Positions 12,292 through 25,269 of a DNA stretch of 64,000 bases are shown here, piece by piece. Below the pieces are notes generated by a model. The model saw only the letters and a list, made by a program, of their open reading frames with translations. It was not told the DNA's origin and searched no databases. A program made the translations under genes and the position numbers. Source of the stretch: Mobula birostris (Eukaryota); assembly GCF_030028105.1 (NCBI RefSeq), contig NC_092378.1, positions 100,863,731 to 100,927,730 on the forward strand, in the 5' to 3' direction. Position 1 is the stretch's first letter. Every line of letters begins with the position of its first letter.

Positions 12292-13199
12292 CTGGATACC
12301 AGTCATAGCTCAATGCATAAGAAATTCACCTTGGAAATGTGTATGCAATTAATGCCGAGACTTTAATTGTCTTGCTGAGGTATCAAGTTTTGGATGAGGA
12401 GTTAAATTTAACTCCCACATTGGTGGGAGCAAAAACCAATAGTCCACATGTCAGGAATCAGGACATGAAGGATTCCACTGCATTCCAACAAGGTCACAAG
12501 TGTTACTAATAATCTGTCTGATAACTCCTCATTATCAGACAAAATCTGATGATCTGGCCAGTGCTATATTGTGTTTGCAGGACTTTGCTGTGCACAACTT
12601 GTTCACGGTGTTTCCTGCATTGCACATAGGCACAGCTAATGGAGCTGCTGCCTCAGAGTTCCAGCGACTCAGGTGCAATGCTGACTTCCCCTGTTTGGAG
12701 CTTGCACTCTCCCGCTGTAACCGCAAGGGTGTCCTCTCACATCCCAAAAACATGGTGGGTGGTAGTTTAATTGCTCCAACATACGGTTTGTAAGGACAGT
12801 TTACAGGAATGTGGAGAGAGTAAGTGCTTAATTGAGGTTGCAGACTAGGTTAGCGACAAGACTGTTTCTTTTTGACATTTGTAAGGTATTTCATTGCTAT
12901 TAAACACCTTGCAAATGTCTTCAGGTGCTGAAAGGTACCATTTGAATGTAACTGGGAAAGTACATTTCCTAATGTGAGAATGCCCCAGTGTGAGCACCAG
13001 ATCACTGTAAGTGTAAACAGTTGTGAGCCACCTCAGTAAAGAGATCATGAATTTATTCATTAATGTTATGAGCTGTGCAAATCATCCTGTAGGGGAAGAT
13101 CTTGTTATTTGGGTACTCAGTTTGCTGAAGTGTGTGAGCATTAAGTTTGTAATGATGTGGAGGTCATATGACTGTATTGAGGACTATGATTTAGTAGCT

Positions 13200-13900
13200 T
13201 GAGAAATCTGATTCCCTAGGAGGGAGTGTCTTATGGCCCAGGAAGTCGATGTCTTCTGCCATGAGATGAGGCTTTTGTTGCTTCTCTGGGTCTTTCACCC
13301 ATATTGGTCTTCCCTGCTCCTCTTGTTTCAGCTGCTCTTCATGCTTCACCTCATCATCCTTGTGTGTGTTTCTCTGGCTGTGACTGGTAAGGTTGTGGAC
13401 CAGACAGCACAACATGATAACATCTCTGCACCTACTGGGCGTGTACCCTTGGACTGATGATGGGTCTCACTGTGTGGCACTCAGCCACTATAGAAGGAAA
13501 GTGAATTAATGTGAGAAGCCAGGGAAGTCGAGAGTAGCCCCTGACCCAGAACCCACCACAATGGGCAGTATAAGATGTGATAAATGGCGGACAGTTCAGT
13601 CTCCCTCAAAAGAAGCCATTGTGTGTGTTCCCAGAAATATGGCATTCACCATGAGGATTTTTTTTATGATTTACAACCACCTCCCCTCAAAAATAGAAGG
13701 AGCCTTTTGGAGGAAAGGTCCAGATTATTAGTATTAACCATCATGGGTACGTGTATGCAGTCAGTGACTCCAAACTAGTAGGAAGCCAGTTGTGCCAAGG
13801 AATTCAAGTGCCTGAGATGCCATCTGATCTTCAGAATCTAAATAGCTAAAATCCTTTCCGGATTGCCTCAGAAATAGTGGTAAGCAGTAAAATGGAGATA
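13200..13900 (-). mobile_element. PIF/Harbinger transposase fossil
   Basis: Manual translation across frameshifts gives ordered motifs: ALEFLGTTGF..GVTDCIHV (AGFP..GAIDCTHV), ILMVNA..GNTHNGF.LRE (VNARYPGSSHDAFILR), WVLG.QGYSRLPWLLT (WLLGDxGY..WLLT), YTPSRV..VIMLCCLVHNL (YSP...CCVLHN), then an acidic tail. Confidence 0.75.
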
Positions 13901-14165
13901 GTCATAGAAAGAAACTCCGCACAAGTAATCTGTTCAACCCACTGAGTCTGCACCAACCATCAACCATCTGTTTACACAGACCCTACTCTAATCCTTTTTT
14001 TTCTCCTCATATTTTTTGTCAACTCTCCCTAAATTCCACCACTCACTTACATGTTAGAGGCAATTTACAGTGGACAATTAAACTACCAACCCACACATCT
14101 TTGAGATGTCAGAGCAAACTCACACGGTCACCGGAGAATGTGCAAACTCCACAAAGACAGAGTCC
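13901..14165 (-). mobile_element. Decayed V-SINE
   Basis: caatttacagtggacaattaaactaccaacccacacatctttg...gagaatgtgcaaactccaca motif. Confidence 0.65.
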
Positions 14166-16149
14166 TGGCGTGACCTTTTAAATTACGATAAACGCGAGAA
14201 TCTAGCACTCCCACTTGCACTGTGACCATTCAGTAAAGATTTAATCAAAAAAACTCCAATTTATGTAGGTATAAATGAGATGAAAATAGTGATGTCTTTA
14301 GTAGCATTTTTTTTACACTGGAAAACATCAGATGTACTATTGTGAAAGCACATGCAGTACCCAGTTAATTTTCCAATGAAGGCCATTCACCGGAACGTAA
14401 TCACTAGGGCTTGAAAAACAACAGCCAATTTGTACAGTCATTACCTTTTGTGCCTCTTGTGTTGCTTCCAGCTCAACAATTAATGGGATGATTATAGAAT
14501 GTTTTCCTCCACATCGAACCCTGGTTCATTTTATGGAACAACGTCAGTGGCTTTTACTCTGTCTTACTGTGTTGTACATATTCTGGGTACATTTGAAGGC
14601 ACAGTGCAGAAGAAACTTTACTATGTAAATACCTTGTGTTATATCTGCTTTGGGATTATCTACTTGGATAGTATAAAGAGATCTTTACTCAAGTGGGGTA
14701 GCTTGTCAGGATGGTATAAAATGCATTAGATCTGCTTGTTAGTGTTAGATGTCTGTGTCCATCACGGACTGGGTGTGTTGTTGAGAGAACATTCTTTCTG
14801 CTGAGTAGAACTTTAGGAAAGTAGGACTAACTAGTCTGAGCTATTAGAAGAAACAGGGACAACATTTATATTTTTGTACCTGTAACTTTTAACCTTGAAT
14901 TAATTTTCTTTCTCATCACAAAGGCATGATTCGGACCTTAGTCGAAGTGAGAAAGATGTGCAGCTGAATATGAATTGTAACCAGTGCATGATCATGTCAT
15001 TATCAAACATCGTCGTGCATAAACATTCCAGCACACCTTGATGAGAGTCATGATCTACAATCTGGCTGAGTTGCCTAAATTGGAGCCAGTTAACACCAAA
15101 TGTGGTCTGTATGCTGCAGCTCCACTTCACTAAGCCACTATCACCTTTGGTAACTAATAAATACTATTTTGTCAATACCCCATATGGATTGGAATGAGCA
15201 CAAGGCCATTTGCTCCTTATATGTGTGCAGTCTGTATAATCAGAATGTCTGAACAGTACCACTTCTCTGCTTATTCCCCCCACCCTTGAAATGTTTCCCC
15301 TGCAAATGTTATCTGGCTTCATTTTGAATCTTACTGTGGTATTTGTTTTGATCATTCATTTAGACAATGCAACTTAGAACACAGGACCGAGAAGTTCAAT
15401 ACCCTTAGCTCTTTACTGTCAATTATCTGCTTTCTCTCATCACCAACCGACTTCTTAGGAGAAGCCTTAAATACCTGTTGCCTTTTTGTCTTGAACCCCA
15501 GTTGAGAACAGTGCAGAGTTATTGGAGTTGTACAGGCTGGGAGTTTGATGTATCAACTGGAATTGACTGGAGGGGATAATTCTAGGTTTAGTCTCCATTC
15601 ATTGCTTCAACTTGAGTTCACAGGTGCAGAAATCCCAGACCTCCTGCAAGAGCTTTGTTGCCTGAGTGCCAACTAGCTTGATCCAGGTCAAACCTGCTCT
15701 CACTCAACTCCTTAGTGAGGCTCAGTCACTGGAGTCAAGTGGGTTTGCTTTGGGTGGTCCTTTTAACCTCAGGGCAGAAAGGATGTATTGCTACCTTAAA
15801 GCAGGTTGAACAATTGCCTGATACTGTCAGCATAGGAAGTATGTTGTAATGCTTTGTCTGAAACATACAACAATAACACCAAATTTGCAGATATGGTTTA
15901 AACAGTACCAAACCTGATTCAGTTTGAAGTAAGAGTCAAATTACTATCCTGTGCTGTAGTCCTTTAAAACATTTAATTCAGCCATAGCATAGGAGGTGAT
16001 TCATTGTAAATGAAAGACTTGCTAGGCCACTTTCCAGACTCTAACTGTAACTCACTTGGGCTGTACCTGTTCCAGAGTGCTGGGACAATGTAGCTTTACT
16101 CTGTATTTAACCTTTGCTGTGTTTTGCTGGAAGTTATTTTATTTAAGCT

Positions 16150-16850
16150 TGTTAGGATCTGGGAGTTACTGGGAATATCGACATTAATTGACAAGCTCTA
16201 ATTTTCAGTGAGAATTTGATGGCTAGCTACCTCCTTGATCCATTGCAATCCTGATAAAGGTTGTTCCACGGTGCTGCTGGGCAGGGAGTTTCCAGATTTA
16301 AACTCAGTGACAATGAAGGAAAGGTTAAAATGGTGTTATTAGTGTGGGAACATGTAGGCAGCAGGGATCCCAAGCACCTGAAACGCTTGTCCTTCTAGGT
16401 AGTGCTGATTGCAGATTTGAGAGATGCTCTCCTGGGGCTTAATTCATCTCCAGCAACCATAACTATCTTCCTTTTCACAAAGTATGACCTCAGTCACTTG
16501 AGTGTTTTCACCTTGAGGCCCATTGACGTCAGTTTTGCCAGAGTTTTCTGATGGTGCATTTGGTCAGATGCTGTCTGATGATCGAGAGTAGACTGGTTGG
16601 GTAATAATTAACTGGACTGGATTTACTTTGCTTTTTGTGAACAGAACATTCTTTGGCAATGTTCCACATTGTTGTGCAGATGCTTGGTGTTGTAACCATA
16701 TTGGAAGAGTATGGTTAGAGATACAGCTTGTTCTAGAGAGTAGGTCTTTAGCAGTTCAGATGGAGTATTGTTTAATCCCATAGTCCTTCCTATCTCCACC
16801 GTTCTCATTCAGCTTCTTGATGTTACATGGAATGATTTGAACTGGTTCCA
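16150..16850 (-). mobile_element. Old CR1-group LINE fragment
   Basis: ORF 16623..16808 GLNNTPSELLKTYSLEQAVSLTILFQYGYNT resembles the pre-RT GPDxIP..LK....L..LF segment. Confidence 0.55.
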
Positions 16851-17829
16851 GGTCACTGGTCCAGTATGATAACTCCACTACTGTGGCACCCCATATGTAT
16901 GTGTAAAACTGTTAAAGACCTCAAGAAAAAACTGTAGAAGATTGTATAGTAGTTCAAAAGTATTTGTTCAAATGTGCTTGTGATATGTTGATGTCGATTG
17001 TTACTCTCTACAAGCACAGGCTTTATTGCAATCTTTAAATCTGTAACTGATAACAGATCAATAATTCTGTAATTTATACTTTAATTAATATTGATTGAAG
17101 TTTACTTGTACAAAACTGAAAAGCATCACAGGGATTGTTTACAGAAGTAAATTTTTGATGGATTGCAAGTTCAAAAATGCAGCACAGTGCCTGGCTGTAA
17201 AACAATTTGTACTTTTTTGATTTTATTAGATGGCAGATAAAAATTCCTATTGCTTTATGCATTAACTGAGAAACATGTGGCCTCAGTTTAAATCAATTTG
17301 AACTTTCAAATGAAAATATTTTCATGACTCATTTACTGCGAGACCAAAATCTGTTAATGTGATTGACTGCTTCCACAGCAAGATCTTGACAAGTGTGATG
17401 GAAGAAGAATTACCTCTTGGGATTCAAAGTGCTGGCTTCAACTAGGCTGATCCAGTGAATTCTGGCAGGGCCACAAAGGCAATAGATGGTCAAAGACTTA
17501 GCTCATTTCCATAAAGTTTGAAGTAATTGCAGGGTGGGAGCCCTTAGATTAAGTCATTGTAAAGGCACCGACAATGGTGAGTCTTTGTGATGCAGTTAAT
17601 GCTTTTTACAGAAAGCCATTGCCCAAAGCTTCTTTTGAGACTCCCATCTGATTCAGCATTTATAGTGAGGTGCCTGTTTAACACGATAAAAGGAAGATTG
17701 TAGCTATGTGTATAATTCCGAAATGTGTTTGATACAGAAATGCAACTGCTAGTTTAGACATAGCAAACTCCCACTACCTGTAATGTCATGCTGGCCAAAT
17801 CATCTTGTGATATTACTTCTAATTTCCTT

Positions 17830-17940
17830 TGGAATGCCGACTGTACTTTTTTCCATAGATGCTGCCTAGCCTGCTGAGTTCCTCCAGCATTTTGTGTGTG
17901 TTGCTTGGACTTCCAGCACCTGCAGATTTTCTCTTGTTTG
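17830..17940 (+). mobile_element. PLE terminal fragment (hammerhead mostly lost)
   Basis: gactgtact...gatgctgcctagcctgctgagttcctccagcattttgtgtgtgttgc plus tail ttccagcacctgcagattttctcttgtttg. Confidence 0.75.
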
Positions 17941-18169
17941 AGGTTGGTCTGAAACCCATAACAATGATTCAGGGATGGAAGTATTAACAACTGCACATGA
18001 CAGGGCACCAGTAGGGTGACTACTGGTTCAAAAGGAGTGGCTGTAGTCACATTGAATAGGTAAAGCTGTGAAAAGCATTCTTAATGACTACCTCATGTTT
18101 CTGGAGCATATCAGGCTCAGAATTTATAAACCATGTCTCAAAATCCATAAGTCAAGGATTGGTAATTTT

Positions 18170-18249
18170 TTGTTAAAATGAAGAGGCACTGATTGTCCTG
18201 GATCTTTAAAAAAGGTTTCAGAGCAATCAGTGCCTCTTCATTTTAACAA
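18170..18249. repeat. Perfect 26-bp inverted repeat with a 28-nt partly pairable spacer
   Basis: ttgttaaaatgaagaggcactgattg (18170-18195) / caatcagtgcctcttcattttaacaa (18224-18249). Confidence 0.95.
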
Positions 18250-19134
18250 GCCTTTATCAAGTGAGGCTAAGTAGCAAACATCAGGAATTATAAAGTGGTT
18301 TGAAATAAAAAGGATTAACTAGACTGATAGATTATGAGTTTATAGTTATGTATCTGGGCTTTGGGGGGGGTTTGATAAGGTAGCACAGATGTGGTTATTG
18401 TGTAAAATTAAAATACATGGGATTAAAGATAATATACTGGAATGGATTGAGAATAGTTGGGAGGAAACAAAATTAATGGGCCTTTTTCAGGTAGCAGGCA
18501 TTGCCTAGAATTGGGGAGAAGAGTGGGTGGTGCTGTTTTCAGGGATCAGTGCTTGGGCCCCAGCAATAAGCAATACATATTACTGTTTTGAGTGAGGGAA
18601 CTAATTACCTTCAAGTCTAATTGACACAATGATGGGAGAGTGTGAACTGTGAAGAACATGCAAAGAGGCTCCAATAACATTTAAATAACTTGAGAAAAGG
18701 GGGGGCCGGGAAGGTAGAAGGAGATCTGGGTTCCCACGTGAGACACCGTACGGAGTTTTATGTGCAATTTCTGCCCATTCTCATTTTCCAAGCACGTTCT
18801 AAGCTTATTGTTGCTCAGCTTTATAGTCAAATAAATTATGGGAGTGGTCTGGAAGTGTAGTCGATTTTATAAGGGCATCCTACCAGTGTTACCCAGTGTG
18901 TGTTATGTATTGTAGGATTATGTACCATTTGAGAACTGTAGCAAACAACCAGCTGCTCTGGGCATTGTTATAAGTGTTTCAGGATGAAATTGGGAGAACT
19001 GCTCTGCTTACAGAGAGAAACTCATTTGAAGAAATGCTGCTTGTCTTTCTGTAGGTTCTTTTGTTCATTTAAATTACGAGTTACTCTTCAGTACCTTAGT
19101 GAGTGAACTAGAAATATTGAGACAAGTAGAGTAG

Positions 19135-19475
19135 GTAATCGATCGTGTGGATAGCCAGAGGCTTTTCCCAGGACTGAAATGGCTAACATGAGGGGACGTG
19201 GTTTTAAGGTGCTTGGAATTATGTACAGAGGGGATGTCAGGGCTACATTTTTCACACAGAGTGGTGGGTGCGTGGAATGCACTGCCAATGAAGGTGGTAG
19301 AGGCAGATACAATAGGGTCTTTTAAGAGACCCTTAAATAGGTACATGGAGCTTAGAAAAATAGACGGCTATGCGGTAGGGAAATTCTAGGCAGTTTCTAC
19401 AGTAGGTTACATAGTTGGCACAACATTGTGGGCCGAAAGGCCTGTAATGTGCTTTAGATGTCTATGTTCTATGTT
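19135..19475 (+). mobile_element. CR1 3' fragment with (ttctatg) tail
   Basis: HRVVGAWNALPMKVVEADTIGSFKR; tail tctatgttctatgtt. Confidence 0.85.
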
Positions 19476-19505
19476 ATAACAGCTTGTGTCTGCATACTAA
19501 AGCTA

Positions 19506-19605
19506 AGCAACACACACAAAGTGCTGGAGGAACTGAGCAGGTCAGGCAGCATCTATAGAGGGGAATAAACAGTTGACATTTCAGGCCAAGACTCTTCAAC
19601 AGGAG
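19506..19605 (-). mobile_element. PLE terminal fragment with degenerate hammerhead
   Basis: Reverse strand cctgttgaagagtcttggcctgaaatgtcaactg followed by gatgctgcctgacctgctcagttcctccagc. Confidence 0.75.
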
Positions 19606-19820
19606 TTATTACTGAAGCTAAGTACCTGAGGCAGTTACACACTAAGGAAGCCATAAGGACTGTTTGGGATTGCACATTTTCCAGTGCTAGAAGTTTTTTC
19701 TGTTCAATTAAACTGGTTTAATCATTTAAGAGATCTTTAATTGTGTAGGAGAGGAGTGGGGAGGTGATCTCCAGTAGTCTGGATTAATAACTCCAAGCAA
19801 ATACAGCCACATTTTGGATT

Positions 19821-20815
19821 AACAGAGAACAATACAGCACACTACAGGCCCTTTGGCCTTTGATGATGTACTGACCCTTTAACCTACTCCGAGATCAATT
19901 TCACTCTTCTCTCTTACATAGCCTTCCATTTTTCTTTCATACTTGTGCCTAACTAAGAGTTTATTAAATGTCCCTAATGTATCTGTCCCCGGCAGCGCAT
20001 CCCATGCCCCTGGCACCACCCCAGCAGTCAGTCCCATGCCCCTGGCACCACCCTGGCAGCGCATCCCATGCCCCTGGCACCACCCCGGCAGTCCGTCCCA
20101 TGCCCCTGGCACCACCCCAGCAGCGCATCCCATGCCCTTGGCACCACCCCAGCAGCGCATCCCATGCCCTTGGCACCACCCCGGCAGTCCGTCCCATGCC
20201 CTTGGCACCACCCCAACAGTGCATCCCATGCCCCTGGCACCACCCCGGCAGCGCATCCCATGCCCCTGGCACCACCCCGGCAGTCCGTCCCATGCCCCTG
20301 GCACCACCCCGGCAGTCCGTCCCATGCCCTTGGCACCACCCCGGCAGTCCGTCCCATGCCCCTGGCACCACCCCAGCAGTCCGTCCCATGCCCCTGGCAC
20401 CACCCCGGCAGCGCATCCCATGCCCCTGGCACCACCCCAACAGTGCATCCCATGCCCCTGGCACCACCCCGGCAGCGCATCCCATGCCCTGGCACCACCC
20501 CGACAGTCCGTCCCATGCCCCTGGCACCACCCCGGCAGCACGTCCCATGCCCCTAACACCACCCCGGCAGCACGTCCCATGCCCCTGCTACTTGTGTAAA
20601 AGGCCAACCTCTGACATCCTCCTATGCTTTACTGCCAAACAACTTAAAAGATGTGTCCCCTTGTATTAGCCATTTCCACACTGGAAAAATGGTGCTGGCT
20701 GTTCATTCTATCTGTGCCTGTTATTGTTTTGTACACCTCTATCAAGTCACTTCTCATCTTCCTTCTCTCCAATGAGAAAAGCCCTACCTCACTGAACCTA
20801 TCCTCATAAGATATG
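19821..20815 (-). mobile_element. CR1 3' fragment hosting a minisatellite
   Basis: CR1 tail at ~19821-19985 (DTLGTFNKLLVRH) and RT C-terminal remnant at 20590-20815 flank the array. Confidence 0.8.
19987..20587. repeat. 32-bp GC-rich minisatellite, ~19 copies
   Basis: Unit ccccggcag(cgcat|tccgt)cccatgcccctggcacca; cccatgcc recurs at 20001, 20033, 20065 and onward. Confidence 0.97.
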
Positions 20816-21497
20816 ACTGTCCCAAAATGGTGTTGGTAGCATTGCTGTCCTGAAGACCACTGGATGACCTGTCAGGAGTGTTGTGCTGCTTTCCAGACAC
20901 GTTTTCCTTGGTGTCAACTCACAAATTATAACCTTCAGCAAACACAACCTAGCTAAATCCTATATCCAAAGCTTTGAGAGCCAAGTCCCTCTGAACAATG
21001 ACGCCTTTCAATCACTTTTTTAGTTTAGAAAACGCATTCCATTTAATTAAATAAAGAAATGCAACCATTTCACTTCACTTTGCTCTTTAGGGTAAATTGA
21101 CAACTCTTTTGAAATGAATAGGGCTGCTTGCTGTGCTGATGTAAGTGTACCTGGCCATTTTGAGGGCATCTAAAGAGGTCACATGAGATCAATGTGACCA
21201 CAACTTCTATACTACCATGCTGCAGTGTACAGGAGCATAAGTCCAGACACGTGCACTATGCTGAACAGTGGTTCTCTGTAATCACTGGATTAAAGTTAAT
21301 ATGTTATTTCTGACTACACCATAACTTAATATTGTAGGGAAATTGTCATAGAGTTGCACAGCAAAGAAATATGCCCATGTCCTCATCAGTCATTTATTTA
21401 AAATAATCCTAAACTAGTCCCATATTTTCTCTCCATTCCCCATTTCTCCTCTAATTTATACCTCTCACACATTAGGGACATTTTACAGCGGCTGATT

Positions 21498-24165
21498 AAG
21501 ACCATAAGACATAGGAGCAGAATTAGGCCATCTGGCCCATCAAATCTGCTCCGCCATTCGATCATGGCTGATCCTTTTTTTCTGTCTCCTCCTCAACCCC
21601 AGTTCCTAGCCTTCTCTCCATAACCTGTGATGCCATGTCCAGTCAAGAACCTATCAACCTCTGCCTTAAATACACCCAATGACCTGGCCTCCACAGCTGC
21701 ATGTGGCAACAAATTCCACAGATTCATCACCCTTTGGCTAAAGAAATTTCTCCGCATCTCTGTTTTGAAAGGGCACCTCTCTATCCTGAGGCTGTGCCTC
21801 TTGTCCTAGACTCCTCCACCATGGGAAACATCCTTTTGACATCTACTCTGTCTAGGCATTTCAACATTCAAAAGGTTTCAATGAGATCCCCCCTCATCCT
21901 TCTGAATTATCAAATATTCCTTGTATGATAACCCTTTCATTCCTGACATTATCCTTATGAACCTCGCCTAGACCCTCTCCAATGCCAGCACATCTTTTCT
22001 AAGATGAGAGGCCCAAAACTGTTCACAATACTCAAGGTGAAGCCTCACCAGTTCCTTATAAAGCCTCAGCATCACATCCTTGCTCTTGTATTCTAGACCT
22101 CTTGAAATGAATGCCAACATGGCATTTGCCTTCCTCACCACCGACTCAACCTACAAGTTAACTTCAGGGTGTTCTGCACAAGGACTCTCAAGTCCCTCTG
22201 TGTCTCAGATTCCTGGATTTTCAATAGTCCGCAGATTTATTTCTACTACCAAAGTGCATGACCATGCATTTTCTAACATTGTATTTCATTTGCCACTTGC
22301 TTGCCTATTCTCCTAATCTGTCCAAGTCCTGCATCCTACCTGTTTCCTCAACACTACCTGCCCCTCCACCAATCTTCTTCATATCATCTGTAAACTTGGC
22401 AACAAAGCCATCTGTTCCATCATCTATATCATTTATATACAACATAAAAAGTGCTCCCAACACTGACTCCTGTGGAACACCAGTAGTCACTGGCAGCCAA
22501 CCAGAAAAGGATACCTTTTATTCCCACTTGCTGTCTCCTATCAATCGGTCAATGCTCTAACCATGTTAGTAACTTTCCTGTAATACCATGGGTTCTTAAA
22601 TTGGTAAGCAGCGTCATGTGGCACCTTGTCAAAGGCCTTCTGAAAGACCAAATATACAACATCCACTGCATCCCCTTTATCTATCCTACTTGTAATCTCT
22701 TCAAAGAATTCCAACAGGTTCGTCAGGCAGGATTTTCTCTGAAGGAAATCATGCTGACTTTGTCCTATCTTGTCCTGTGTCACCAATTACTCCATCACCT
22801 CATCCTTTACAATTGACTCCAACATCTTCCCAACCACTGAGGTCAGGCTAACTGGTCTATAATGTCCTTTCTGCTGCCTTCCTCCTTTCTTAAAGACTAG
22901 AGTAACATTTGCAATTTTCCAGTCCTCTGGCACTATGCCAGAGTTCGATGATTTTTGAAAGATCATTTCTAATGCCACCACAATCTCTAAAGCTACCTCT
23001 TTTAGAACCCTAGGGTGCAGTTCCTCTGGTTCAGGTGACTTATGTACCTTTAGGCCTTTCAGCTTTTTGAGTACCTTCTCTCTTGTAGCAGTAACTGCAC
23101 CCACTTCTCTTCCTTCACACACTACAACAGGCATACTGCTCATGTCTTCCACAGTGAAGGCTGATGCAAAATACTAATTTAGTACACCTGCCATCTCCTT
23201 GTCCCCTGTTATTACTTCTCCTGCCTCATTTTCTAGCGGTTCTATATCCACTCTCATTTCTTTTATTTTTAACTTGAAAAAAACTTTTACTATCCACTTT
23301 GATATTATTTGCTAGCTTGCTTTCATATTTCATCTTTTCCCTTTAGTGATTTTTCTTTAGTTGCTTTCTGTAGGTTTTTAAAAACTTCCCAATCCTCTTT
23401 CTTCCCACTAATTTTTGCTTTGTTGTATGCTCTTTCTTTTGCTTTTACAATAGCTTTGACTTCCCTTGTCAGCCACAGTTGTACCATTTTACCATTTGAG
23501 TATTTCTTCATTTTTGGAATACACATGTCCTGCACCTTCCTCATTTTTCCCAGAAACTCACACCATTGCTGCTCTGCTGATGTCCCTGCCAGCAGCTCCT
23601 TCCAATTTACATTGGCCAACTCCTCTTTCATACCACTGTAATTTTCCTTACGCCACTGAAATAGTGCTTCATCAGAGTTTACTTTCTCCCTATCAAGTTT
23701 CAAGTTGAACACAATCATATTGTGATCACTGATTCCCAAGGGTTCTTTTACCTTAAGCTCCCTAATCGCCTCTGGTTCGTTAATAACACCCAATCCAGTA
23801 TAGCTGATTCCCTAGTGGGCTCAATGACAAACTGCTCTAAAAAAAGTATCTCTTAGGCATTCAACAAACTCTCTCTCTTGAGATCCATTGCCAACCTGAT
23901 TTTCCCAATCGACCTGCATGTTAAAATCTCCCATGACTACCATAACACTGCCGTTTTGACTTGCCTTTTCTGTTGTCTGGTGTAACCTGTGGTGCATCTC
24001 CTAGCCACAGCCACTGTTGGGAGGCCTGTATGTAACTGCCATCAACGTCATTTTACCCTTGCAGTTTCTTAACTCAACCAACAAGGATTCAACATCTTCC
24101 GATCCTAAGTCACATCTTTCTAACTGATTTGATGCCATTCTTTACCAGTGGAGCCACACCACACA
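21498..24165 (-). mobile_element. CR1 LINE, decayed ORF2 (APE to RT) with 3' tail
   Basis: Tail taagaccataagacataggagcag; ORF fragments GVPQESVLG/FTDD, FQKAFD, YRPVSLTSVVGK, SDHNMI. Confidence 0.92.
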
Positions 24166-24244
24166 ATCATCTGGAAGTTCATGGTCATCTCAGTAGGGCT
24201 GCTTTTAGAACAGTCCACAATAAATATAATACACTAAATTGGAA

Positions 24245-24630
24245 GAAGTGCAAGTGCATCACTGCTTCACCTGAAAGGGCTATTTGGGTGCCTGGCAGTG
24301 GAAAGGGAAACAGTGAGAGGATAATGCTGATTCTTCTGAGGTTGCATTGGAGAGTGCTGTGAGAAGGGAAATGATTGTTGGAGGTGGGTGAGTGAACAGA
24401 TAGTCTTGAAGGGACTCAGAATGTTGAAAGTGAAGCAAAGTGTCTGTGATGAAATCTTGTTGGAGCCATGGAAAGTGCACAGGATGATCCAGCTAGGGGG
24501 CTGGAAGGTGGGGATCTCTGTCCTTGGACTGTCGGAGGAGAGAGGGTGAGAAGATAGCTTAAACATGCCCAAGAGTTCTATCAACTACAGTAGAGGAGAA
24601 AATGCAATTAAGGAAAAAAGAATTATAACT
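24245..24630 (-). mobile_element. Decayed PLE internal fragment (RT-endonuclease linker)
   Basis: tgcttcacctgaaagggctatttgggtgcc resembles the sequence expected just upstream of the GIY-YIG segment seen at ~58760; adjoins a PLE pLTR pair. Confidence 0.5.
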
Positions 24631-24636
24631 TGGAGG

Positions 24637-24922
24637 AACACACACAAAATGCTGGAGGAACTCTGCAGGCTAGGCAGCATCTATGGAAAAAGGTATAGTC
24701 AACATTTTGGGCCTAGACCCTTCAGCAGGACATAGCTGTGGGACATACTCGTAATGAATATTGGACAATATTTGAAAACTTGCTTTTCCTGATCAGTCCT
24801 ACCAAATGGTCTTGGCCCAAAACATTGACTGTACCTTTTCCCATAGATGCTGCCTGGCCTGCTGAGTTCCTCCAGCATTTTGTGTACGTTGCTTAGATTT
24901 CCAACATCTGCAGACTCTTGTT
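24637..24922. mobile_element. Inverted pair of PLE termini with degenerate hammerheads
   Basis: Minus arm 24637-24732 (cctgctgaagggtctaggcccaaaatgttgac) and plus arm 24794-24922 with tail extension. Confidence 0.8.
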
Positions 24923-25269
24923 TATAACTCAGAGGCAGCTGTAAGGAAAGTATCGTCATTAGAGTTGTTACAATAGAGACTGGAAGAGTGGAATGGAATC
25001 CTTACAAATGGCAGGGTGGAAGGAGGCATAACTACTGAGGTAGCTGTGGGATTCTGTGGACTTGTAATGGATATTGGACAATACTTGATCACTTGTTTTT
25101 CCTGACCAGTTCTGCAGGAAGTTTATTACACCTGTAATAGCAACACATTTCTCCTCTCTCAATTGTTACTACCTGATCAACTGGACTTTCTCAGCATTTT
25201 CCTTTTGGCTTCAGTTCTCTGCAACAATTCTGACCTGTATCTTACTGCTGTTATCCTGTATGTCCTTTT

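Noticed and set aside
19879-20669. Six overlapping 160-240-aa repetitive ORFs
   Set aside because: Artefact of a stop-free 32-bp minisatellite inside a CR1 fragment; no splice or promoter context.
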